From the NCBI GenBank assembly GCA_051382335.1, contig JBBCAX010000144.1, positions 1 through 63,833 of the forward strand: a DNA stretch of 63,833 nucleotides, written 5' to 3'. The DNA is from Deltaproteobacteria bacterium TL4 (GTDB taxonomy: Bacteria; SAR324; NAC60-12). The notes below the pieces were generated by a model. It made no database searches. It was given only the letters and a program-made list of their open reading frames with translations, and was not told where the DNA came from. A program made the position numbers and the translations under genes. How positions within the stretch are numbered: the first letter of the stretch is position 1; each line of letters starts with the position of its first letter. Shown piece by piece: positions 28,495-38,300 of this stretch.

Positions 28495-29280
28495 TTAAAG
28501 CACAAACGACTGTTGTTGCTGTACAAAACCTAAAAAGGCTTCAGTTTTCAAATCGGGTAACGGTGAATCCCCATAGTGATAAAGCCACATTTTTTGTTGG
28601 GTTGATTTGGGAAGTTGGAGGAGTTGATTGTAAGACACATGCACACCAGCTTTGTTATTTTCTCCAGAATCAAACAACTGACAGTCATGAAATAATAAAG
28701 CACAGCGGTCAACGCATTGTGCCAATAAAGCGGGGTCATATTTAGTATCCCCTGAAAAAAATATTTGTTTTGCGATTTGGGGTTCCCCTTCACAAATTTC
28801 TAAAGCATAACTTTCCATCTTTTCGACATGCTGGGTCGGATGCAGGTAAATAGATAACTTTTCTCGCTCCTCAATCAACTCCCACTGAGAAGGGGAGAGA
28901 TCGAAAGGGCGGAAGAAATCTTCTAAACAGTACCCTGCTGAGGCCTTCTGATCCTGCGTGATGAATTCCAAACTGCCACTCAAACTGGCATTCCATAAGC
29001 GGTCCAGAAGGGTGGGTGTTGATAAAAGTTTTGGGGTATACTGATGTCGAAATTTGTACCGTTGTGCCAGGCTACACAGTCCGCCGACATGATCCGCGTG
29101 AAGATGCGTAATAAAAATGTGAGTAATATCCGTGACCGAAAGTCCATACGCCTCAATCGCGCTTATCGCGGTGTGACCACAATCAATAAGCAATTTGATA
29201 TTACCACTTTCCACAAGCACATTGCTTTGAAAATTTTTTTTTGAAAAGGCGGAACCGACGCCTATAAAAGTGACTTTCAT
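28495..29280 (-). CDS. MBL-fold metallo-hydrolase (RNase Z / phosphodiesterase-like)
   Basis: LIDCG, THLHADHVGG, FSGDT, HDC, LYHY. Confidence 0.85.
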   Translation of the reverse strand: MKVTFIGVGSAFSKKNFQSNVLVESGNIKLLIDCGHTAISAIEAYGLSVTDITHIFITHLHADHVGGLCSLAQRYKFRHQYTPKLLSTPTLLDRLWNASLSGSLEFITQDQKASAGYCLEDFFRPFDLSPSQWELIEEREKLSIYLHPTQHVEKMESYALEICEGEPQIAKQIFFSGDTKYDPALLAQCVDRCALLFHDCQLFDSGENNKAGVHVSYNQLLQLPKSTQQKMWLYHYGDSPLPDLKTEAFLGFVQQQQSFVL

Positions 29281-29591
29281 TCATCTCAATGTGTTATTGT
29301 TGAACTTGAGAGTTGACAGTGTTCCCTTGTGTACGTTATTACATCTCAGCCGACGAACATCTAACGAAATAACCCCCAATATGCTGTAGATAGCATGGTC
29401 TTCCATGAGACGCAAATAAACTTTTAAATTTATTTAGTAACTTGTTGAACTGATTTTTTCGGTTTTTGAAAGGAAATTAATCTTAATTTTTTAGATTGCC
29501 GCGTTTAAAAAACTTTTGATTTTATAAACTATTTTGAATAAGAGTAGAGTAAGACATTTATAATGAATCACAATTACCCACTTAAAATTGT

Positions 29592-32500
29592 ATGGATATC
29601 CAAGGTTATCAAGTATCAGAATTAATTCATCAGGGGGTGAGCACCTCCATTTATCGTGGGATCCGGGAATCGGACCGGCTCAGTGTGATCTTTAAAGTCC
29701 TGAATTTGGACTATCCTTCTTTGAAAGAGTTGTCTCTTCTCAAACAAGAATATGAATTACTTCAAAAGCTTCACTTCCCAGGAATCATCCAATGCCATGC
29801 TTTGGAAAAATACAGCAATGGTCTGGTCCTGGTTTTAGAAGACATACAAAGCCAATCTCTTCAGAAATGGATCAAAAATCATTTGATCCATCTCAGCGAG
29901 TTTTTTCAAATCGCCATTCCGGTTGTAGAGGCGGTGGGACAAATCCATTTGAGTCATATCATTCACAAAGATCTCAATCCCGCAAACATTTTGTACAACC
30001 CTAATTCTCATGAGATAAAGATCATTGACTTTGGTATTTCCTCCCAACTTTCCCAGGAAAATCACAGTTTAAAACCCACTAACATATTAGAGGGAACTCT
30101 GGCTTATGTTTCTCCTGAACAAACAGGACGGATGAATCGGGTCATTGATTGGCGTACCGATTTCTATTCCTTGGGGGTGACCTTTTATGAAATGCTGACA
30201 GGACAACTGCCTTTTACTACAGAAGATCCGCTGGAAATGGTTCATTGTCATATTGCCAAAAATCCGATTCCTCCGCATCAAATCAATAAAAACATTCCAG
30301 AAATGATTTCTCAAATCATTATGAAGCTCCTTTCAAAAGTTGGAGAAAATCGCTATCAGAACGCTCAGGGCATCAAGTTTGATTTAGCGCAATGCGAATC
30401 AGAATGGAATGAAAATCATAGGATTACCCCTTTTACCTTGGGCCAAAAAGATATCTCCGATCGGTTTAACATGCCTCAGAAACTTTATGGAAGAGCGAGT
30501 GATGTGGCTTTGATGTTTGAAGCGTTTCACCGTATCTGCGAGGGGAAAAGTGAGATCATGTTGGTGACAGGGCATTCTGGCGTAGGAAAATCCTCCCTGG
30601 TGAAGGAAGTCAGCAAACCGATAGAAAAACAACGGGTATTTTTTATTTCAGGAAAATTTGATCCGTTTAAAAAGAACATTCCCTATTCCTCAATCATCCA
30701 GGCCCTCCAGGAACTGATTCAATTACTACTCACCGAAAGTGAAAAAAACGCGGCAACGTGGAAGAAAAAAATTATTGAAGCCTGTGCGCCAAACCTACAG
30801 ATCCTGATCGACGTGATTCCTGAGCTGGCGTTGATTGTCGGGAAGCAAACGCCAGTGCAACAACTGCCCCCCGCAGAATCAAGAAATCGGTTTAATTTGG
30901 TGTTTCGAAGTTTTGTTAAAGTTTTTTCAACCCAGGAACACCCACTGGTGCTCTTTCTTGACGATCTCCAATGGGCCGATTTGGCTTCACTCGAATTGAT
31001 TCAACGCTTGATGTGTGATTCAGAAACGAACTATCTGTTTTTGATTGGAGCTTACCGGGATAATGAAGTGGATGAAGCGCATCCTCTTCGGATGCAGCTT
31101 GAAGAAATTGAGAAAAAAGGGGTTACGGTCAACAGAATTCACGTAACACCGCTGACAGAATCCCATGTTTCTCAGTTGATCAGTGAGACTCTTCGTCGCA
31201 GTGAGGATCAGGTTTCAATTTTAGCGGAATTGGTTTTCAGAAAAACGCGGGGAACGCCCTTTTTTGTAAATCATTTTTTAGAGTCTTTGTATGATGAAAA
31301 GTTATTGTATTTTGATCAGGAATTGTGGCAATGGAACTGGACCATTGAAAAAATAAAACAAGTGGAAATTACCAATAATGTCGTGGATTTACTGGTAAAT
31401 AAAATTCAAAAATTAAAGACAGAAACCCAAAACATCCTCAAACTGGCAGCCTGTGTCGGGACTCAGTTTGATTTACAGACGCTGGCCCTGATCACAGAAT
31501 GTAGCCGTGAAACAACAGCACATCAGCTCTGGAACACGATTGAAGAGGGGTTGATTGTTCCTGTTGGCGAGGGGTACAAATTATACCAGGGGAAATCCAT
31601 CGATCATCTTATGGAAGGGGAATCCTCCGTTTCTTCACCTGCTGAAGAGCGCGTCTATTATAGATTTTCACATGATAAAGTTCTTCAGGCCGCATACTCC
31701 CTGATTCCTGAAGAGCAAAAAGCCATGGTGCATCTCAAGGTAGGTCGATATCTACTCAAAGAAACCGACCCCACGGAATTTGATTCAAAACTCTTTGATA
31801 TTGTCAATCAATTGAACATCGGCATGGCTTTGATTCAGAATGACGCGGAGCGGGACGCTTTGGTCCATCTGAATTTGCTGGCAGGGAAAAAAGCCAAAGA
31901 ATCGACGGCCTTCGGTTCCGCAATCAAACATTTCTCAGTAGGTATTGAACTGCTCCCCCCAAACAAATGGGAAGAAAACTACGACTTGACGCGCACTCTG
32001 TACATGGAAAAAACAGAGTGTTTAGGGATTAATCGGGAATTTGAAGAAGCGGAAATAAATTTTGATCTCATTCTGACACAGGTCAAAACCAATCTGGAAA
32101 AAGCCCAGGTCTATAACATTAAAGCGGCGTTATACTCCAGTCTTACCAAATTTCATGAGGCGATCTCCTGTGGAGAAAAAGGACTTCACTATTTAGGCAT
32201 TCACCTCCCTAAAAAACTCCCACAAATTGCTACGGTTTCTCAGTTATTGACCAGCAAGTGGTATCTGCGGAATCACCAGCATTATGACAGCCTCCTTGAG
32301 CATAAACTAATGCATGATCCTGCCATGACGATTGCGATTGAACTCTTGATGAATCTCAGTGCTCCGACTTTTTTCGTCAATCAGAATTTGATGATCTGGG
32401 TTGCCGTGAAAATGATGAATCTTTCTTTGAAATATGGAAACACCAAGCAATCCTCCTTTGCGTACATGACGTATGGTGTCATTTTAGGTCCAGCCTTGGG

Positions 32501-34883
32501 GGATTATAAAGCGGGGTACGATTTCGGTACGATGGCCTTAAAGTTGGATGAAAAGTTCAATAATTTGGAGACAAGGTGTAAAAATCAACAAGTTTTTGGT
32601 TCCATGCTGAGTCATTGGATAACCCACTTAAACGCCCAAAAAGAATACTGTACTCTGGCTTATAACTCAGCCTTGGAAGCGGGTAATATCGCTTATGCGG
32701 TTTATGCCATTCAGTTGCGGCTGGTGGCCTCTCTGTTGAAAGGGGACAATCTGGAGCATTGTCAAAACAAGGTGGAACAATACTTCACTTTTGTTAGAAA
32801 TACTGAAGATTGGGGTGCCGTATCCCAAATGCGCAATATGCTGCAAACCGCAAAATGTTTAAGAGGACAGACGAAGGGCTTGGGCGATTGGGATTCCGAA
32901 GCTTTTAACGCAAAAGAACATTTGGAAAAATTGGACGCGCTTGAGATTCTGACCCCCTATCAGTGGTATTACTGTTTTAGAGCCTGGTGCTTCTATCTCG
33001 CGGAAGATTATCAACAAGTGCTTTCCCTCATGCGTCACTCTCAAAAGGCGGTCTTGGAAGCCTCCTTGGGACTGATCACTTATTCAGAACAGTTTTTTTA
33101 TCACTCACTGGCCATCACCGCTTTGTACGAAGAGGTCAGTAACAAAGAACAAAAACCATTGCTCCGGGTGTTGAATAAAAATTGCAAAAAAATGCATCAA
33201 TGGGCACTCTGTGCCCAGGAAAACATTCTGCCTAAATACTTGTTGGTGGAAGCTGAAGCGGCTCGTATTTTCGGCCAAGAGGTGAGTGCCATGGAAAAAT
33301 ATGATGAAGCGATTGCGCTGGCACGAAAACACGACTTTATGCACCTGGTTGCCCTTGGAAATGAATTAGCGGCAAAATTTTATCATTCTAAAAACAGAAA
33401 AATCGTTGCCCGTACTTATTTATTACAAGCCCTTTACGCCTATGAAACTTGGGGTGCCCTGGCTAAAGTTAAATTATTGGAACAACGATACCCTGAATTG
33501 CTGGCACAACGAGGAACCTCAGAAACGGGGACCCGAGGTTTGAAAACGATGGTTACCACAATGATGGGGGCCACCACAGAGGCGGGAGATGTCTTGGATT
33601 TGATGACGATCATGAAAGCGTCACAAGCCCTTTCAAGTGAGATTGTACTTGGAAAACTTCTTGAAAAATTACTCAACTTCAGCATCGAAAACGCGGGTGC
33701 TCAAAAAGGAGCCTTGATTCTGGAAAAAGAGGGGAAATGGAGGGTCGAAGCGGAAATCCAGGCAGACCAGAATCTCATTCTTTTACAATCGATTTCCGTC
33801 GATGAATGTGAAAGGGTTTCTCCCGCTATCATCCATTATGTGCTCAAAACGCAGGAACATGTCGTTCTTAATGACGCGACTCAGGAAGGACGCTTCGTCA
33901 ATGATGTCTACATTCTCCACCATCAGACCAAATCGGTTTTATGTATGCCGATTATCCATCAAGGCAAACTCCTCGGAGTTCTTTACCTCGAAAACAATCT
34001 CATGACAGGGACCTTTACTCCCGACCGTTTGGAAACGTTGACCATCCTCTCGTCTCAAGCCGCAATCTCCATTGAAAACGCGAATTTATACGCGAATCTT
34101 GCGGGAAGTATCCGAAGAGAAGAAGAACTCAAAACCGCCGCGGCCGTGCAAAAAGCCCTTTTACCCAAACATTTGCCACAAGTTGAAAACCTGAACCTTG
34201 CGGCCTATTTTGAATCCGCCTCTGAAACAGGGGGCGATTGGTATGGGTTTATGAGTAAACTCCACGACACGTTGATTATTTTAATAGGGGATGTGACCGG
34301 ACACGGAACGCCTGCCGCCCTGGTCACCGCAACCGCTAGCGCAACCGCCAGGATGTTGGAAAAAATGTACGCCTTTGAAGGAAATCGAAGGAAAATCACT
34401 CCGTCCGTCATCCTCAGTCACCTCAACCACGCTGTCTTCGAGGCCGGAGCCCCCAATTATCTGATGACCTTCTTTGTCGCCAGTATCCAATTATCCAATG
34501 GCCTCATGACCTTCGCGAATGCGGGCCATGTTTTTCCTGAATTGATTCGAAAGAACAGAACAGAAAAAAGATTACTCGCGTCAGGGAAACGTTTAGGCTG
34601 CCAGGAATCATCGATTTATGAAGACAATACTATCCAATTGGAAGAGGGGGATCTGCTCTTTTTTTATACGGATGGCTTAACTGAAAATCTGAACCCTGAA
34701 GGTAAGGAATGGGGCAGTCGGAACTTAACTCAATTTTTGAAAAGCAATCATGACGCTTCCGCGCAAGAAATCATCAATCAATTAAATCTGGAAGTGAAAC
34801 GCTTTAATCAAGGAACCCCCATTGAAGATGATATCACCATGGTTGTTTGTCAGGTCAGTAAACCCTTTCAGCATTTGGTCTGA
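29592..34883 (+). CDS. Ser/Thr kinase-AAA ATPase-TPR-GAF-PP2C(SpoIIE) multidomain protein
   Basis: HKDLNPANI, DFG, YVSPEQTGR; GHSGVGKS and LDDLQWAD; GAF GVLYLEN; GGDW, IGDVTGHG, YTDGL, DDIT. Confidence 0.9.
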   Translation: MDIQGYQVSELIHQGVSTSIYRGIRESDRLSVIFKVLNLDYPSLKELSLLKQEYELLQKLHFPGIIQCHALEKYSNGLVLVLEDIQSQSLQKWIKNHLIHLSEFFQIAIPVVEAVGQIHLSHIIHKDLNPANILYNPNSHEIKIIDFGISSQLSQENHSLKPTNILEGTLAYVSPEQTGRMNRVIDWRTDFYSLGVTFYEMLTGQLPFTTEDPLEMVHCHIAKNPIPPHQINKNIPEMISQIIMKLLSKVGENRYQNAQGIKFDLAQCESEWNENHRITPFTLGQKDISDRFNMPQKLYGRASDVALMFEAFHRICEGKSEIMLVTGHSGVGKSSLVKEVSKPIEKQRVFFISGKFDPFKKNIPYSSIIQALQELIQLLLTESEKNAATWKKKIIEACAPNLQILIDVIPELALIVGKQTPVQQLPPAESRNRFNLVFRSFVKVFSTQEHPLVLFLDDLQWADLASLELIQRLMCDSETNYLFLIGAYRDNEVDEAHPLRMQLEEIEKKGVTVNRIHVTPLTESHVSQLISETLRRSEDQVSILAELVFRKTRGTPFFVNHFLESLYDEKLLYFDQELWQWNWTIEKIKQVEITNNVVDLLVNKIQKLKTETQNILKLAACVGTQFDLQTLALITECSRETTAHQLWNTIEEGLIVPVGEGYKLYQGKSIDHLMEGESSVSSPAEERVYYRFSHDKVLQAAYSLIPEEQKAMVHLKVGRYLLKETDPTEFDSKLFDIVNQLNIGMALIQNDAERDALVHLNLLAGKKAKESTAFGSAIKHFSVGIELLPPNKWEENYDLTRTLYMEKTECLGINREFEEAEINFDLILTQVKTNLEKAQVYNIKAALYSSLTKFHEAISCGEKGLHYLGIHLPKKLPQIATVSQLLTSKWYLRNHQHYDSLLEHKLMHDPAMTIAIELLMNLSAPTFFVNQNLMIWVAVKMMNLSLKYGNTKQSSFAYMTYGVILGPALGDYKAGYDFGTMALKLDEKFNNLETRCKNQQVFGSMLSHWITHLNAQKEYCTLAYNSALEAGNIAYAVYAIQLRLVASLLKGDNLEHCQNKVEQYFTFVRNTEDWGAVSQMRNMLQTAKCLRGQTKGLGDWDSEAFNAKEHLEKLDALEILTPYQWYYCFRAWCFYLAEDYQQVLSLMRHSQKAVLEASLGLITYSEQFFYHSLAITALYEEVSNKEQKPLLRVLNKNCKKMHQWALCAQENILPKYLLVEAEAARIFGQEVSAMEKYDEAIALARKHDFMHLVALGNELAAKFYHSKNRKIVARTYLLQALYAYETWGALAKVKLLEQRYPELLAQRGTSETGTRGLKTMVTTMMGATTEAGDVLDLMTIMKASQALSSEIVLGKLLEKLLNFSIENAGAQKGALILEKEGKWRVEAEIQADQNLILLQSISVDECERVSPAIIHYVLKTQEHVVLNDATQEGRFVNDVYILHHQTKSVLCMPIIHQGKLLGVLYLENNLMTGTFTPDRLETLTILSSQAAISIENANLYANLAGSIRREEELKTAAAVQKALLPKHLPQVENLNLAAYFESASETGGDWYGFMSKLHDTLIILIGDVTGHGTPAALVTATASATARMLEKMYAFEGNRRKITPSVILSHLNHAVFEAGAPNYLMTFFVASIQLSNGLMTFANAGHVFPELIRKNRTEKRLLASGKRLGCQESSIYEDNTIQLEEGDLLFFYTDGLTENLNPEGKEWGSRNLTQFLKSNHDASAQEIINQLNLEVKRFNQGTPIEDDITMVVCQVSKPFQHLV

Positions 34884-35025
34884 GAACACCAGAGATCAAT
34901 TAAGAAAGGTTGTTTTCCGAATGTTTAAAGAAGTTAGTCTCATTGAAGATCAGAAAAACCCTGTTGTGAGACCCCTCACAATTGAATCCGATGTCTTGAA
35001 TTATTTCGACCTGTGCAGGTGTATT

Positions 35026-35178
35026 TCATGCGACCAGCTTAAACTTGAGGACATGATTCTTAAACCAGTTTTGATGTTCCTGGTTCTTTTTTAAGGCTGT
35101 CACCGAAGCTAATGCCACACTCCCTACTTTAGACCAGCTCATTCCATTGTTTTTTTGTCTTTCAGCCACGAGAAGATC
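35026..35178 (-). pseudogene. C-terminal transposase remnant (ISKra4/ISLre2/UPF0236-like)
   Basis: Manual translation DLLVAERQKNNGMSWSKVGSVALASVTALKKNQEHQNWFKNHVLKFKLVA*; the RxKxxGMxWS motif is typical of prokaryotic Mutator-like transposases. Possible IS end near 34967. Confidence 0.6.
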
Positions 35179-35217
35179 GAAACAATGAATTTGAGCACTT
35201 CGTGCGGACTTTTCCGA

Positions 35218-35327
35218 CTCGTTCCCAAGTTCCAGCTTGGGAATGTCTTGACTGAAGCTCCAGCTTTATTCCAAGGAAGCAGAGCTTTCGTGTCGTTGAG
35301 TTCCCAAGCTGGAGCTTGGGAACGAGA
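35218..35327. repeat. CTCGTTCCCAAG-type REP palindrome
   Basis: CTCGTTCCCAAGTTCCAGCTTGGGAA...TTCCCAAGCTGGAGCTTGGGAACGAG; partial copy at 40142-40215. Confidence 0.75.
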
Positions 35328-35381
35328 AATAAAAGGCTGAAACCTTATAACTAACTGCTAATACCTATTTCGCGACCGCGA

Positions 35382-38300
35382 CTAGTTGACCGGTTGGGTC
35401 ACCGCGTTAGCGTCTAAGGTGACGGCTGTCTGTGCTAAGGCCCTGCCGTTTATCACGGCACCGGTTTCCATTACAATTTTAGTTTTACTCAAGAGCACGC
35501 CCTTAAAGTCCGCTGTGGTGCCCAGGCTGACCTTGCCAGCGACTTGCCAGAAAATATTTTTGGGCAGTGCGCCCCCACTCAGTGTCACCTTGACTCCATT
35601 GTTCACGGTGAGATCTTGCGCAATCTGGAAAATCCAGACATCGTTAACTCCGCCTGAGAGCTCAACATCGGTGGCTATCAACATCCCTGTCCCCCATTTG
35701 TAGAGGCCGGGAACGAGAGTTAGCCCACTGATATCACCCGCGCCGAGTTCCGTAAAATCAGGTAATGACCGTCCCGCCGCATCGATATACGCGGTTTCCA
35801 TGTCACTGATGGCGGTGGTCATGTTGGCCGGAGTAGGAACCGCCATATTCGCAGCATAGAGTTTCCCCGTTACGATCCCTGCGATCGAAAATTGATTGGA
35901 GGCATCACGTGCTTGGGAAAATCCGGTGAGGTAGGTTTCCGCGGCTGGACTCACACCAACATTTCCCACAATGGCTGTGGTTCCCGTAGTGGAGACTCCT
36001 GCTTTTGACAAAATCACAAAACTGCCCGCAGTCCGAAGGTTGACGGGTAAGGGGCCCAAGGCGAGCTCTGTTCCGGTGGTAAAGGTCCAGACAAAATCAT
36101 TTGCCAAGGCATTACCAGTCAAGTCTTTGGCCCCGGTGGTGAGAGTCGCTGTGTAGAGTTTACTGAACTCCAGATTACTCAAAGGCGTAAACGTGGCCGT
36201 GGTGCCGATGTACGTAACCGTTCCGCTCACAGCCGTGGTGTCTTGCTTCAAGGTAAAGGTCGACGTCAACAGGGTTCCGGGATCCATCGTTTCATTGAAG
36301 GTGGCGGAGATCTTCCTATTAGTAGAAATCCCCGTGTCAGTGTCGACCGGATAAGTCTGAGAGACAGTGGGTGTTATCGTATCGGAAGCTGTTCCGGTAG
36401 TGAACGACCAACTATAGTTCTGGGCCATAGCATTGCCCGCCACGTCTTTAACGCCAGTGGTGATCGTCACCGTGTAGGCGGTACTGGCGATCAGAGGACT
36501 CAATGGCTTAAACGTAGTCGTGATGCCGATGGTGCTGACCGTTCCACTCACGACTGTGAAGCCTTGCTTCAAAGTCACGGTTGCGGTCGAAAGTGTTTCG
36601 GTCTCCATTGTTTCGTTGAACGTGGCGGTAATCGCCTCATTAATTGGAACCTCCGTGGCATTGTGATTAGGAAAAGTCTGAGAAACTGTGGGTGCCGTGG
36701 TATCAGGCTCCGCTCCGGTGGTGAAGGACCAACTGGTGTCCTGAGCCAGGGCATTACCGGCGATGTCTTTGGCACCGGTGGTGATCGTCACCGTATAGTC
36801 GGTATTAAACGCCAGCACACTTGAAGGCGTAAATGTGGTTATGGTGTCGATCGTGTTGACGGTGCCACTCACGGCCGTGGTGCCTTGCATCAAGGTAAAG
36901 GTCGAGGTGGAAAGGGTTCCAGTCGCCATTGTTTCGTTGAAGGTGGCCGAAATCGCCCCATTAACCGAAACCTCAGTAGCAGTGTTGGCCGGAGAGGTCT
37001 GAGAGACGGTGGGTGCCGTTGTATCGGGAGCCACTCCGGTGGTGAAGGACCAACTGTAGTCCTGAGCCAGGACATTACCGACCACGTCTTTGGCACCGGT
37101 GGTGATCGTAACCGTATAACTGGTACTGAACTCAAGTGCGCTTGACGGCGTAAAGGTAGCCGTGGTGCCGATGGTGCTGACCGTACCACTCACAGACGTA
37201 GTACCTTGTTTTAAGCTAAAGGTTGAGGTGGAAAGGGTTCCAGTCGCCATCGTTTCATTGAAGATGGCTGAGATCGCCCCATTAACCGAAACCGCCGTGG
37301 CATTGTTAGCCGGAGAAGTCTGAGAGACGGTGGGTGCTGTCGTATCGAAAAAAGATCCGCTAGGTTGGATCACCGCATTGGCGTCTAAGGTAACCGCCGT
37401 TTGTGTCAACGCCCTGCCGTTAAGTACGGTACCGGTTCCCATCGCAATCTGCGTCTGACTCAAGAGGATACCCTTAAAATCAGCCGTGGTGCCTAGGATT
37501 ACCTGGCCCGCGACTTGCCAGAAAATATTTTTGGGCAGTGCACCCCCGCTCAAGGTCATCTTGACACCGCTTTCTACGGTGAGATTCTGCGCGATCTGGA
37601 AAATCCAGACAGCGTTGGTTCCGCCTGAAATCGTGACATCAGAGGTTATCAACACCCCGGTTCCCCATTTGTAGAGGCCAGGCACAAGAGTCATCCCGCT
37701 GATATTTCCGGATCCGTGTTCGGCAAAATCAGGCAATGTCCGTCCCGCGGCATCAGCGTAGGCGATTTGCATGTCGCTGATGGCGGTGGTCATATTTGCG
37801 GGAGTAGGATTCGCCATATCTGACGCATAGATCTTCCCAGTGACGATCGCGGCGGTTGCAAATTGATTTAAGGAATCATGTGTTTGGGAAAATCCGGTGA
37901 TGAAGGTTTCCGCAGCGGGACTGACTCCAATATCGCCCACAATGGCCGTGGTTCCCGTGGTGGAGATTCCCGTTTTTGCCAAAATCACAAAATTGCCCGC
38001 AGTACCAAGGTTGACGGCGGCTTGGCCTAAAGCGACATCGGCGACTGTTTCAAAGTTCCAGACAAAGGCGTTTGCCAGGGCATTGCCGGCCGCGTCTTTG
38101 GCGTCAGTGGTAATGCTTGCGGTATAGATGGTACTGAAGGCCAGATTACTCAACGGCGTAAACGTGGCCTTAGCGCTACTGGTGCTGATTGTTCCACTTA
38201 TAGCCGTGGTGCCTTGCCTCAAGGTAAAGCTCGCAGTGTCAAGTGTTCCGCTATCCATCGTTTCGTTGAACGTGGCGGAGATCACCCCATTAACCAAAAC

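Noticed and set aside
34822..35340. ORFs 34822..35094 and 35155..35340
   Set aside because: Shadows of the transposase remnant and the REP element.
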